Source: Phoronis australis
Lineage: Eukaryota > Animalia > Phoronida
Direction of reading: 5' to 3'
Assembly: GCA_002633005.1 (NCBI GenBank)
Contig: NMRA01000198.1
Location: forward strand, 497,282 to 561,281
Length of the DNA: 64,000 nt
Shown: positions 11,301 through 24,057 of the stretch, piece after piece
Layout: every line of letters begins with the position of its first letter
How positions within the stretch are numbered: the stretch's first letter is position 1
The notes under the pieces: model-generated
The model's input: the letters and a program-made list of their open reading frames with translations, nothing else
Database searches by the model: none
Told to the model about the DNA's origin: nothing
Program-made: the position numbers and the translations under genes

Positions 11301-14183
11301 CATTGTCATAATGTGTTCAAAAAGCCTCCAAAATTGCCGTGTTCTGCCATTTAAAATTTAGTGGAATGTTGGGGCTGGTCGTGACATTTGGCATATACAC
11401 GTTTATGCAAAAGCCCACGAATCGAGTATACGTCCACCTGACCATGCAAACACTAACACACCTCTGGATTACGTGGTAAAATGCTATATAAACTTATCTG
11501 TATTATCCGTAATTTGATGTAGAATTTCGACTTGCAATGTACTTAAATAAAACTCTTGCGATATTAAACAGTCTGATCATTACTTAGGCCTACTACAAGC
11601 TATGATTAGCTCCACTTCTAGGCTAAGCCAGAGTGATTAGTTGTAAAAGTTTATTTTCTTCTGTTTCAAGGGAAAGTTTCGGGACTGGACATTCAAATTA
11701 GCATCCCTGGCCAGTTGACAAACTTCACTCAAAAGTTGGGTGAGGGTGTTAAAATAAGCACTGGGTGTTTACATGGCAGGATCTGGTACTACAATACTTT
11801 AACTACTATTTTTGTGATCGCAATAATTCAGATCATATATACATGATCTTGAAATCTGCTGTTCACAAATGGAAACAAGACGAGAGTACACCACATTTCT
11901 CAAAGTTCATATACACTTGAGCAATAAGACACCTGTGTCAAGAATCTTACAAGAGGAACTAAGAATTGATGTGGCATCAATGAGTCGTACAGAAATGTGG
12001 ACTACTGATCAAATATGGACTTTCACTAGCATACAATTAATTTTTTGGTTGAGAGCACTTACAAGTACTCTTAGCAGCCTCACAATGCTGAAATGAATGC
12101 TTAAAACCACTCAAAATGTTGATAAAGAATTCCAAAATAAATCCTCTCCTTTCTACAGTAAGAAACAAATATTTTTTCATACTTTAATACTCAAAATGTA
12201 ACAACAAAAAGCTAAAATCTCGAGGAACCATTTCCTTGAGCGTACAAACCACTTGCTTTTCCCAACCCCCCCCCAACAGAGTATAAAACTAAGTAAGAAT
12301 TCATCAAGTGTGCACGTATGCATTGAGTTTGTCTGAAACAGTGATGAGGTATAAGTAAATCGTATTCAAAGTCTATTTTGGGCAATTATTTGTCTATTTT
12401 GTTTCATCAATAAAAATCTAGGTCACCCGACACTTGCAAACTGCAAAAACAAAATATTTCTGAAGCAAAAATGAGCATACCTCCATAAAAACAAAAAGTG
12501 GAAAAATAAAATCTCTTACTGACCTAACCGTCTCAAATGAGGGAAGAGACAGCGAGGGGGAACACTTAAAGCGTATATTTTGTACATTCATGAAAATGGT
12601 GATAAATGCAAAACACCTCAAGGCATTTAATAACAAATAATCTTAAATGCACAAATCGAAGAAATTAACAAAATGTTCCATTCATGACTTCACCACAAAT
12701 TATGTGGAAGACAAAAACTTGGAAAAAACAAATATAAATACACACACCAACAGCAACTGGCCGACAATGAAAAACATAACAAAATTAACCTTTGTCAGTT
12801 CACAATGAACGTGAAGCAAAACACCCAATTTGCTTGAAGATTAAAATCATGACACGCACAGGTTCGTGGAATTGGTAACCAGGTGTCATGCGCAATACTA
12901 ACAAACTCTCAAATTTCCCAGATCTTTGCCTTAAATACAAATCGTGCCAATTAATCCACACTAAAGGAACCTCATCCTCCATACAGTTCTTCTCTCCAAC
13001 ACTTGTGCGTTTAATTCCACATGTAAATAACAATGACTCAAGTGGTCATAAAGCGCCTTAGCAGCTAACGTTAATCCCATGCTGGGTTTTCTAAAATGTG
13101 TGGGTCAGTTTGTAGTTGCAATCCTTAGTCACTGCATGATTTGTGGACTTTGTGCAAACACTGAGTGTCCTTTCTTCAAATATCTTCATTGATACCTCAC
13201 ATTTTAGCTCTGCTACTTACTGTGAGCAAAATCTACAATGAATTCTTAATTACAGAATATAAATAGGAACTAAATCATTAACTTGGGGGCGCTGTACGGA
13301 CATGTCCTTATTTACTTTGACTGAAGTAAGGTTGAAGTGACTGAAAAATGCAACATTAGTAAGTAAACAATGTCTACAAATGCGATGAAAACGTAATGAA
13401 CAGTCAAGTCCCCATCATAACTATTACATGCAGCTGGTAACTGGTGTCTGTTGTTAGTCTTCCAAAAGTAACTTTTGAACTCTGACTAATTGAAACCATA
13501 GAACTCCTGCCCTGGAATGACAACTTCGATCTCGCACTTCTGAGGTTGCACCGCGCATGTGTGGCATTTGTTTGCATGCCTTTGTTGCGGTGTTGGTTAC
13601 TGCTATGGAACTTACTCACACTGAAACTATTACAACTGTTATCTACTGATAAAAACTGTACCAATTATTTTCAGTTAGAGACGTTCCACTAATTAGATGA
13701 CTAGACCTTTATTTGGCAATTGCAAAGTGAGAGCGAAAGACTAAATTTCTGTTTGAAGTCTTAAGACACTTCTCATAAGACAGATCCCAGATTATTCCCG
13801 GAATTCTGCCAGAGCCAAAGGTTGGTACGTATAAGGAATGATGAATTAATTTACGGGTTTGTTGTTAACTAATTTTTCCTGGAAATCGCTGGTTGTCTAG
13901 AACTTTACCTCAAGAATATTGTTTAGTGAACAAAAATAACAAAATGACAATGAAGCGATGAAATTAGGCGTGATTTGATAACTACAACACTCGATTAAAA
14001 CTCAGTCGAGCAGACAACCAAAAATTCATAGTGCAAACTCTCGCGGCTAGTCTCGGAGTCACAAGCTCCAATAAATATAATAGAATACATAGGCCACGTG
14101 CGGGAGTTGGCATTCCAGGGCTAGAGTTCTAAGTTAAAACCATACACGAATGAAAGGCATGGCAATACAATAACCTCTAGCTG

Positions 14184-14361
14184 TCAGTCAATCTTTACAG
14201 CAAAGGAGGCGCCACAGGAGCACCCCTGCTCAGCTTGGGGGTTATTGATAAGTCTAAATGAAGCACGAATCAACTCCTCATGGTAGTCTATTACAGACCC
14301 TTTTATAAACTCTAGTGAATCTGTATCAGCAACGACCTTGGCACCATCCTTTTCAAATACA
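14184..14361 (-). CDS. ISCA2: ISCA2 exon 4 (last coding)
   Basis: ttttcag|T; [58 protein letters not shown] with the CSCGxSF motif. The four exons total 465 nt = 154 aa plus stop. Confidence 0.93.
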
Positions 14362-14909
14362 CTGAAAAGAGAACAAGGTATATTTGTTGACAAGTAAATG
14401 TCTTATCTTGGACGTGAGACCATGTGCAACTTGAGCGCCTGAACTGAAGTTATACTGAGTGCTGATTAAATAATATGATTATTACATTGGGACATCTCGT
14501 TTGCACAATGGCGAGAGTTAAATGTTTTCGTTTAATTAAGTGATTCTCACAAAACAACGAGATATGAAATAAGGTAACACTTCTCGTCTTCCATGGTTAT
14601 ACTTTTGGGAATGGAACTTACAGGTGTTATTTTTGGCTAAACAAACTGCTTCATTCTTCTTTTAATTCCCCTTGAAGTTGTTCATTTTATGACCTTCTGA
14701 TGAGGGCCTCAATAAAACTTTCCTCATTCCTAGAATGCATTAGAACTCTGCACACCCTACTCATGGCATATTGGTATAAACACACTTCACCTATGTCAAC
14801 AACCCCGGCTATCACAACAGTACCGACTTACATACAAGCGTGCATACATTTGGTACTTCCAACAAATCGAATTGGTAAATGGCGTAGTAATACGTAGTAA
14901 ATGACTTAC

Positions 14910-15025
14910 ATATCGTCCGAGTTGATGTTTCTGTCCAACTCAAATTTATACTGGAAACCCGAACAACCCCCTCCTTCCACGGTGACTCGGAGAAAACCAT
15001 CCTCTGTACCCAGCCTGTGAAGTTG
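14910..15025 (-). CDS. ISCA2: ISCA2 exon 3
   Basis: ttccag|CAA ... AT|gtaagt; [38 protein letters not shown] contains the HesB/IscA GGGCSG motif. Confidence 0.92.
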
Positions 15026-16202
15026 CTGGAATAACATATTGGCACATGGCGGTCAGTGACCAACAACTTAAGAAAGTTGACTAAGAGTATCACTACTTTG
15101 CTTTACAAACGTTTCAACATATTCATCAGATAGTACACAGGTCAAACCCACATTTGCAAGTACAGCTGCAAGACAGCCAGCAGAATTTTTGGAATTTTTG
15201 AAAAACAATTATTCATAATGGTAACCATTGTTGCTCAGTATCTCCAACTTACAGGTGCTTATACGGCTAACGTCTAACATGGGTGACCAGTAACAGCAAA
15301 CAGACTTAGTCTTTTTTGTTCATTCTATTTTCAATAAAAAGAAAAAAAGAAAAAATAAAGTGAATACTACTAGTTTAAGAAACGTCCATAAAAGGTTTAG
15401 CCTAGACTTGCTACAAACACGCTTTTTGCCAAAAATAACTTCATATTTAGACCACTTACCCATATGAAGTTGATCTTAACTTAGTGCTTACTCAAGTCAG
15501 AGGTGGTTTCTGAGGTTAGACAGGACAGGCACATTGTTATTGCTTAGGACCAGGCTCAAAAATCACAGGGGTCATTTTATGCAACAAGAATTGTCTTAAA
15601 TAATTACAATGGACTGTCTGTCAGTCAGTTCTTTCAAAACCACGAAAACAATTCTCTTCTTAATATAGACAATTTGAAATCAGATGAGCAAGTAGTGGAA
15701 ATTAAAATTATGTTCTTCGCTGAAATGTGGTCTATGGCACCTTCAAATTACATGTTGAAAAAACACACTGCCAGGCTTCAACCCGTTACTAGGAACAATG
15801 ATTTTGATGTCAGGCGCAAATCAACATAAACGAGTGGATAAGAGCTACTTGCCAACCAATCAATTTTTGCAAGTCCAGTGAATGTAAGCCTATTAACAAG
15901 AAGCTAATAATCAAAAGTATAGCACGAATAGCCCAAGGTTGATGGCTTAGACTCTTCAAAATGCAGTGTTGTGTGACTAAAAACAAAACACAACTAAATT
16001 TTGTGTCCTCTGGTGAAATCAAACAAGAATCAGACACTGAGGGTAAGAGCCTCTAGGATGAATTTAAGATTAGAATCCACGATAACCAAAGGTTTTCGGA
16101 CCTGGTCACTAGGTGTCACTGGGTGACAGAATTTCATGATTGGACGACCCCTAACAAGTACGAAGACAAAGGCCCATCGAGAACATTTAGATGAATGCAG
16201 TT

Positions 16203-16509
16203 TGACTGATATACTATCAGTCAACACAGTTCACAGTCAACCAGTGCCCACTAATGACTGATATGCTATCGAACAACACAGTTCACAGTCAAGCAATGCC
16301 TACTAATGACTGATATGCAATTAAACAACACAGTTCACAGTAAACCAGTGCCCACTAATGACTGATATGCTATCAAACAACACAGTTCACAGTCAATCAG
16401 TGCCCACTAATGACTGATATGCTATTGAACAACACAGTTCAGTCAACCAGTGCCAACTAATGACTGATATGCTATCAAACAACACAGTTCAGAGTCAACC
16501 AGTGCCCAC
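16203..16509. repeat. 52-bp minisatellite, ~6 copies (ISCA2 intron 2)
   Basis: Unit CAACACAGTTCACAGTCAACCAGTGCCCACTAATGACTGATATGCTATCAAA starting at 16222, 16274, 16326, 16378, 16430 and 16480. Confidence 0.92.
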
Positions 16510-16868
16510 AACTCCGTTCCAGTCAGCTTGACTACGATGAACTAGGAAATCGCTAACAAATTTAAAGCACCTTTTAGAATTAAATGTTATACCATAATTA
16601 TGTTCTGCGCATCTGGGGCCAATTTTATGTTAAGGTCGTAAGTCAAGTCTTAGTGAAGACGGTCGTAACTTATTGAATACGAAAAATTTAGGTCAGTTTC
16701 AACACTTTCTTAGAAAAGAGTAACTATCCATACTGTGCCAGCCAGCGACACTGGACTTGCCCCTGGGTTCTGAGGTCAAAGAATAATTCCGTAACCATAG
16801 TGGAAGAAATAAAACCTCAAATGAATTATGTTCAGACATTTTTAATATAATCTGGTATGCAGGTATAC

Positions 16869-16989
16869 CTTAACACACTTGTCACTGAGTTGCAGACCCT
16901 CTGTTGAAGCCGACTTTTCCTCTGGTTTGCTTGCTCGTTTCAGTGCAGTGCACTTAAGATACCTCAGCTGTTGGTATGTTATATTTTTC
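16869..16989 (-). CDS. ISCA2: ISCA2 exon 2
   Basis: ttttctag|G ... AAG|gtatac; KNITYQQLRYLKCTALKRASKPEEKSASTEGLQLSDKCVK; the LQLSDKCV segment is typical of ISCA2. Confidence 0.8.
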
Positions 16990-19823
16990 CTAGAAAATAA
17001 AAAAATCAACTTCAGACTTTAATCAGTTACAGGTCGTTGCTGTTATACAAATGTTCCAACTACAGTAAAATTCCACCAATTTCAAACAAAAAATAATTGC
17101 TAAAATTGCACTTTTTTCGTTTTTCAAGGGTTCTAACATTGTTGTAAATGCCCATACTTTTTCAAAATATTGCCTGTAGACAGTTATAGCACAAAGCATC
17201 CTTTTGGTACAGTATACTGCTTATGAAAATTTGAGAAAATAAAATTTCACCTGTTCGCCATAGTGTCCTGAATTGGTGAGATTTACCGTAATGTACTCAG
17301 CCTTTCAGATATTAAAATCTTTTGGCACAGATGGTCCTGACTTTCCCCGTTTCACTGTATTATTTTAGTAGATAACCATTCAGCCATAAAACGGCCGACA
17401 TGTACCTTCCCCGTTACGGTTTATTAAAAGAAACACAATCTAATTAACGGTGTTAACTTAATTTCCTGCTTTAATAACAAAGGAAAGTAAGTTGTCAACT
17501 TCATAACGGCATGCTTGAGACACACACAAACTTTTGCTCAATTCATATTTCAATAACTAACATTTTCAGAAGAAGGCTGCATGACAACTTAGCTAAATTG
17601 AGATTTGCTCAAAAATTCGGTTTACTATCAGTAAAATACTAAAAACTCGTCCGCAATTGAAACTTATTGTGGTAACCTGAAGTGAACTGTGCACTAACTT
17701 ATGAAAAAAAAACAACTGATACAAAAATTGAACTTGGCCAACAAACAGTGCTCTATTTCATGGTGCTAGAAGCCAACGCATATTATTGCTGTACGAATCT
17801 AGCAGTAGAATAATGGCATTGTTTTCGTGCCAGTAACCAAGTGAGTTAACTCAAGGGAGAGAAAAGATTTTATTTCGCCTACTTATTACTCATGTTGATC
17901 CAAAGCTGTGTAATTGTTTTATACAATTTTGCATAAAAACTAGATCCTCCCTCACATGATCCTTAATCAGCCAAAGAACTTTGATGCCAATGGTAACTTT
18001 CTGACTGCAGTGTACACGAAAATGTGAACATGGAGGTCAAATTTGGGCGTGGCAGATCACCATGCTCAAAAAGTCCCACAAGAACATTACTTAGTACACG
18101 TCAATAAAAACAGTATACCCGTAAACAACAGAGTATGTAAAATTAACAGTGTACCGTCAATCGACACCCTTACGATTTTTGTTGGATAAATAGGTATTTA
18201 ACAGTCTTACCCGTTAAATATTTAATTATGTTCGAGCCTGTACTACACCATGCCATCTTATTTATTGAATCACACGGCTGCAAAATCTTGCTTTTTTGAA
18301 TTTGGGTAGTAACAAGCTAAAGTATCAGAGGAACAAAGACAACTGGGAAGTTTTCCAATTTTACAAATTTGTAGATTTAAATCACATTGAATTATATTAT
18401 ATAGAACTAAAAATAATTAAATTTAAAGTCAAAATAAATCCATCTTCCATCACAACAACCAACTTTTCATCTTACACCACATATCGTCATGAAATTGGTC
18501 TCAAGTTTTTCCTTAATCAATCTGGAGCATCACTTCTACAGAAGTGACTGTTCGCTATTGCCCGAGACAAGGTTCTATAAGTTTGCGTGTCATTTTATAT
18601 GGCGATCATGAACTCAAAGAATAACAAATCTTCACAAACCCAGGAATCACTTCTCATGCGAGTACGGAACAAGATGAGACCAACTTTACAGCAAAAAATA
18701 AAAAATTAGCTTCTTGGACTGAACACCAATCTACAGCTGCTTTGAAGATATTACATTTTAACATACTTTGACCTTGCAAATAACACTTTAATTCACTATT
18801 ACTCATCAGTAAATCACATCAAGAGACGCACTTTTGGAGAGGCTGAGTTGCAGGGTGTCTAGAGCGACCATGGACACTCCCACCCAACTATGGTAAGACC
18901 CATGAAACCATAAGATAGATGAAAGGCTTCCAAATGGCAAATGGAGATGGTGGCAAGGTTGTGGTGGATTATCCAGAAGATAAGGAGAGCGTTGCTGAGG
19001 GCAAATTCCAGGACATGGTAAGTGATGTCTCAGGGAAAATTCCAGAATGCTAAGAGTGTCGCTGAGATCTCTATCAAGAAGGTGAGTTCATTCTACAGAA
19101 GGATAAGAAGTAGGTAATAGTGGATAGATGGGTCCCTGATTTGAGAACCAGTTACGCCCACGTTATTCAGTGGGAGTAACTAGTTCTGAAATCACTTTTA
19201 AATTTGCGGCACACTGCTCACCTAACCAACTATAACCAAGTATTGCATCACATGAGTTCCTGATGCCATCATGATAATAATGCCGCCCTGGGCTCTAAAT
19301 CGCTTGCCATTGGGCAACCGCTTATTGTCCAATCAATTTGGATGCCAGACCTGCACACCTGCACCTGTGGCCCAGGTTCAAGTCCATGTGCACTAGTGAA
19401 CATGTTGGCAACTATGTAGCTCTGCGGCATACAGGGCGATGTAAGTTCTGCCTTGTAACGAACACTTTGATTCGCCTACACTTTGGACAAATCAGGGAAC
19501 ATATCACGTGCATCTATTAGTCCCGTCTTAATATTTTGTCAGTGTCCCGGTCACCCAAGTCAAACAGAAAACACGTTCAAAGGGCACGGTCAACAGGTCA
19601 AGGCTGGAAAAGAGGGGAAAGTCCGAAAAAGTGGAAAGTACCACTGCACTGGCACTGACACTGGCAGTGGCAGTGGCGAAGAACTGAAAAGTCAAGATGA
19701 TTTAACACTCAAGATGATCCCATCTCAAATGCTTAAACACTACCAGCAAAGACCAGCGCCCTTAAACCAATTGGAGGTTTTAAGAGTGAAGTAATCAGTC
19801 TCAAGTTGGAAGCCTTGTTTTAC

Positions 19824-19873
19824 CTAACAAGAGAACTCTTGAGCGCTGTTTGCAAAACATTGAAAGCGGCCAT
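19824..19873 (-). CDS. ISCA2: ISCA2 exon 1 (start of putative mitochondrial presequence)
   Basis: caaaATGGCC start; MAAFNVLQTALKSSLV then AG|gtaaaa; phase 2 matches exon 2. Confidence 0.75.
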
Positions 19874-20275
19874 TTTGAATAAATAACTCAACAACAACTA
19901 TGTCAAATAAAAATAAGAATAATTTGTCATGCACGTTTAAAAGAATCTTGTGATCGAGTTAGATATCATCCCATAAAAAGAATCAACAACTATTTTAATC
20001 ACTCAAAGTAACGGCGTTCGAAATAAATACGCAACAACGATAGCTCTTATAGTTTATTGTCGCGGCATTTTTGCTGTGCGCAAGCGCAAAATTCTTGAAG
20101 ATGAATTCTGGGATACCTTATATTTAGTTCCCGATGTTTTTCTTGGAGGGACCCGAAGAAAGTGCCGAAATCTAACATTAAGAAATTCTGTTTCTATGTG
20201 TGATTTCATACATTGGTTCGTTTGATGGCACGTTAACATCTCAGCGACAGGAGTGGTTTGGAAACTATCGCCATA
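19874..20275. promoter_or_regulatory. Compact bidirectional promoter and 5' UTR region shared by ISCA2 and PKC
   Basis: Divergent ATGs 402 bp apart; locally CpG-richer than flanking introns; YY1-like AAAATGGCCGC over the ISCA2 start. Confidence 0.65.
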
Positions 20276-20611
20276 ATGGTGTTTTTCAACGGCACTTTTA
20301 AGATCAAAATTTGCGAAGCTTCGGAACTGAAACCGACCGATTTTGCCACTCGGCATAATTTTGTGGGCAACATTCAAACAACAATAGATCCTTATGTCTC
20401 TATCGATATTGACGATGCTCCTGTTGCAAAAACAACGGCAAAAAGTAGAACATATTCTCCGGTATGGAATGAAGATTTTGAAACGGAGGTTCATAATGGC
20501 CAGAACGTTACACTGACAGTGTTTCACGATGCTGCTATTCCTATCGCAGATGACTTTGTTGCAAATTGTGCTCTGGCATTTGAGGATTTAAAAGACAAGA
20601 AAGATATATGG
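20276..20611 (+). CDS. PRKCE: Novel PKC (epsilon-type) exon 1, N-terminal C2-like domain
   Basis: MVFFNGTFKIKICEASELKPTD...DPYVSIDIDD...PVWNEDF...DDFVANC...DIW; donor TGG|gtaact. Confidence 0.92.
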
Positions 20612-20893
20612 GTAACTATTTATTTTATATCAAATTTCCCATTCTAATACCACTGTTGTGTGTTTTTCGACAACAGTGACTTTTGGCTGTCCCTGATTAT
20701 GAGAAGTTTCATCCTCTGAATAGTGGGCGTTAATACATTCAGTGACTACCTGGTTATCACAATCAGGGACTATGAAGAAGTCATTGCCACTGTTTTCTCT
20801 TATGAAGACTTTATTATATTACTGCTACAGATCTTTGCTGTGAATGTGAGAGCTGCTTCTCGTGTTATGATTTGTGTGTACAAATCTGCTGCG

Positions 20894-21318
20894 AGTGTTG
20901 ATGTTGCAGCTTAAACTGATGTCTGCGACACACTGATTTGGTGCGCTTCAATTTCGTGCTGGTTGTTGAGCCAAACTGATGCCTGCGCCAAACTGAAGTT
21001 GCTGTAAGTTCCCAAATTATTTCCAATGGTTTATGGATATTTAATGGTTATAAGAACCGAAATTTTCAACCATGAGTGGTGCGTAATAGTTTCTCAGGAC
21101 ACTTTCCCAATGTTATTAATCCATATGACCTGCACATATGAGTGAGCACTCAATGTTGTTGTCAATTTCAGTTTTGACAATTGTCAAAAACCCCATATAC
21201 AACTGCCAGCAATTTGGGAACTCACGATAGGTTCAGTTTGGAACAGACATCAGTTTGGCTCAACAACCCGTGCCAAAAGTTTCGTGCAGACATCAGTTTG
21301 GGCTGCAACATTGATACT
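20894..21318. repeat. Long imperfect palindrome (foldback/MITE-like)
   Basis: ATGTTGCAGCTTAAACTGATGTCTGC vs GCAGACATCAGTTTGGGCTGCAACAT; GGTTGTTGAGCCAAACTGATG vs CATCAGTTTGGCTCAACAACC; AGTTCCCAAATT vs AATTTGGGAACT. Confidence 0.78.
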
Positions 21319-23040
21319 AGGTACCTACTGCACCATATCATTCACCCATTTCCTCATAAGTTTTAGAGGAAGCTTTTTCCTTCTTGTTACGTCGTAGCCT
21401 TGAGTGTACAAAACTGTATTTTTGTATTTTGGTGCTGGACGTCCATAAAGTTAACTGGTTGGCCAGTTATTTCAACAAACATTATGTGATAATGGTAGAG
21501 TGTATACCTTGACATTGCGCTTGTAATGCAATAACAAGAGTTCAGATTTTATTATTTATTAATTATTTTTGGTTTTGTTGTCTGACATGAATTTTGTGTA
21601 AACAATGATACATTTTAACTTGTTAAGATTAAGTTTTGTCAAGATTTACTGAAAAAAGAATTTCTACATGATTAAAGGCTTGAATATTGGATGATATATG
21701 GCCTTGGATTATGCTGTGGCCTTTGAGTTGATTAAATTATATAGCAGCCTTGCTATGCTGTACTACCTAGGTACAACTGGGAATCTGACTCGTAGTTACG
21801 TCAGATTGTTTCTTCATTATTGAACTTTAGATTCTAAACCTTAACCAAGCTATGTTGGGACAATACCACAGTTTGACAGTTACATGTTTTTCAATTATTT
21901 GTGTTGTTGCAGTCTAGTTGCCCAAACTTTAACTCTGTGACCGGTTCAGTGGTGTTTGTAGAACGGGTTCCCGTCTAAGGGAATTCAGCCACGCACTTCA
22001 CATGCAACAACTGGGTATTTGGAAAAAGATTTTTTTTGCCAATGTTATTGATTGTACACAATACTGATGCGATCACAGAGTCGAGTTATATATAGATGAA
22101 TTTCATGGGTTGCTGATTAGATGCAGTCTAATTGTAGGACTAGACCCAGACACAATGCATCGTAGTGCTTATGATTCCAAAATCAGACCTTGATGATAAT
22201 GTGGTTCTTGATGTATCAATGACAGTGCTAAGACATAATCACATTAGTTTTTTCCTGTTTTATATTTCACAACTTCTTTTCTTATTCCTAGATTTCCCAG
22301 ATTGCATTATTGATAAATAAGTAATTGGATTATTCAGAAGTCAGAATATTGGCCTCTGAACAATATACACCTGTAATTAATAAGCTCTAGTGGGTAACTA
22401 ACAATTGATTGATTAAATGGTAAATATAAACATTGCAACTGCGTACTACATGTTTGTAGAGTCCTTGATGTTTTGATATTGGGGGCGAATATCGACCTAA
22501 TTTCCCTGTGATAAAAAAATAATAATCATGAAATTCTCCTCAGCTCTAGAAATTCTCTTCAAATGATAAAAGATTCTTCTCAAAATTATAATCACTTCAA
22601 CTCGCGTAGAACAGCAGTATCAAAAAACTCAACCGTAGAAAAATCCACCGGTCACCTTAGAATTTACCATGTTCACAGTCATGCTTTGGGGTGGAGAACA
22701 GGAGCTGGTTTTCATTGCAAGTGTATGGCTGGTCACATAGCATGTATGGGATATCTCGTTGGACTACTTGATACCTCCACCATTATTGTAGTCCAGTTCC
22801 AAGAAAAATGGAATGAGTTCTCCGAGAATGTCACAAAGGAAGCCAGTGTGATATCTTGTGAAGTCTGCATGATGTTGCATTTTCATGAGGTTCTCACTTC
22901 TGCGGAACGCTTGCGTGATTAGTGGTCTACTCTGCGGTAATTCCCAAGAAGTGTAAGCCAACACTTTGCAGTTGGTAGAAAGATATTAGTTCTGACTACT
23001 TTAGGCAGTGAGGGGCGAGGGGTAGCAACTGAGGGGGAAG

Positions 23041-24057
23041 CAGACCTTCATGCAGCGTAAGTCCTGATCTGGACGCCCTGGCAAGGAGGGCCAATGTATC
23101 ATTTGGAAGTCAATCAGAATTTATTCAGTTTGGACACCCACATTGTAAGATTACTTGGACTCCCAGTTAATGAAAGATGGGGGATTGTTCAAGAGAAAGG
23201 CCCTTTCAACTCAAAAAGAAATATACAATGTATGTAAAATGTTGCAGTGTTCAAACTACAACTTAATTTAAAAGACCCCTCAATCATTAGCTCAGTTTAG
23301 TTGCCAGAGTGTATACCAGTGCAGTCACTACTTTCAGTGGTCTTACATTTCACGGAATTTAGTAATTTATACAGGGACATCAACCTTGGTTAACTCCAAA
23401 CTGGTGTTTAGAACTGTAGTTTCATGTTTTTCATCGTTTTTTAAAAACATCAAAAGTGAAATAAATGTCATTATTTTAATAATATATTGTGCTACAAGAA
23501 TATTCCTATTTAAAATTTTTGAGTTTGTACCCGTTTCATGCTTTTCTATGTGCGTCTTAATATGGAGCAGTAGTGACACCTGTTGCCAAAATATAAACCA
23601 CACATCGTCTGTGCATTTTTCCTGTGTTGGTAACTGCAGCTTTGATGACTCATTGTTCAGAATATAAAGTTAGTTAAGATGATACAATAAACTTTATAAC
23701 AGCAATTTGACTTGAGATCACCAAAAACAGTGCTCATCGTTCAACCAATATCTGTAATATCTGTAATGCTTGTTTGGTATGCTATTTGGCTGTTCTCGTA
23801 AATTTAGACATAAAAGTCTTGATCCACATGGGTTTTTAGTAATACAGCACACTACAAGGGAGCTGTTTTTGTGAACTTGGATGTAAAACCCTTGTTCTGT
23901 GCATTTTTTGCAAAAAAATTCACTGTGTGTTTAGGGGGAGGGGGTGGGGAGTTACTGGTGAATGGGGTGGAGGGTAAGGCGTTGTTGGAAACATGGACAC
24001 CCTGGAGTATTGGGAACCCCATTTTGGACACCCTATTTTTGAAATCCTGGATAAAGG
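23041..24057 (-). mobile_element. Longer (~1 kb), older inverted relative of the 36783 hAT MITE
   Basis: 23041-23105 and 23980-24057 are reverse-complement matches to the two ends of the 216-bp element; GGGGGAAG occurs at both flanks. Confidence 0.7.

Noticed and set aside
11650-14183. Iron-responsive element in the ISCA2 UTRs
   Set aside because: The minus-strand CAGTG loops I inspected (~13130 and ~11760) lack the required stem and bulged C
16203-16509. Regularly spaced repeats suggesting a CRISPR array (also 42998-43502)
   Set aside because: Units are head-to-tail with no unique spacers, there are no cas genes, and the context is a eukaryotic intron
20054-20527. 157-aa antisense ORF over PKC exon 1
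   Set aside because: Shadow ORF of the coding exon with no recognisable domain
22563-22922. 119-aa ORF in PKC intron 1
   Set aside because: No recognisable homology and no convincing splice-site pair
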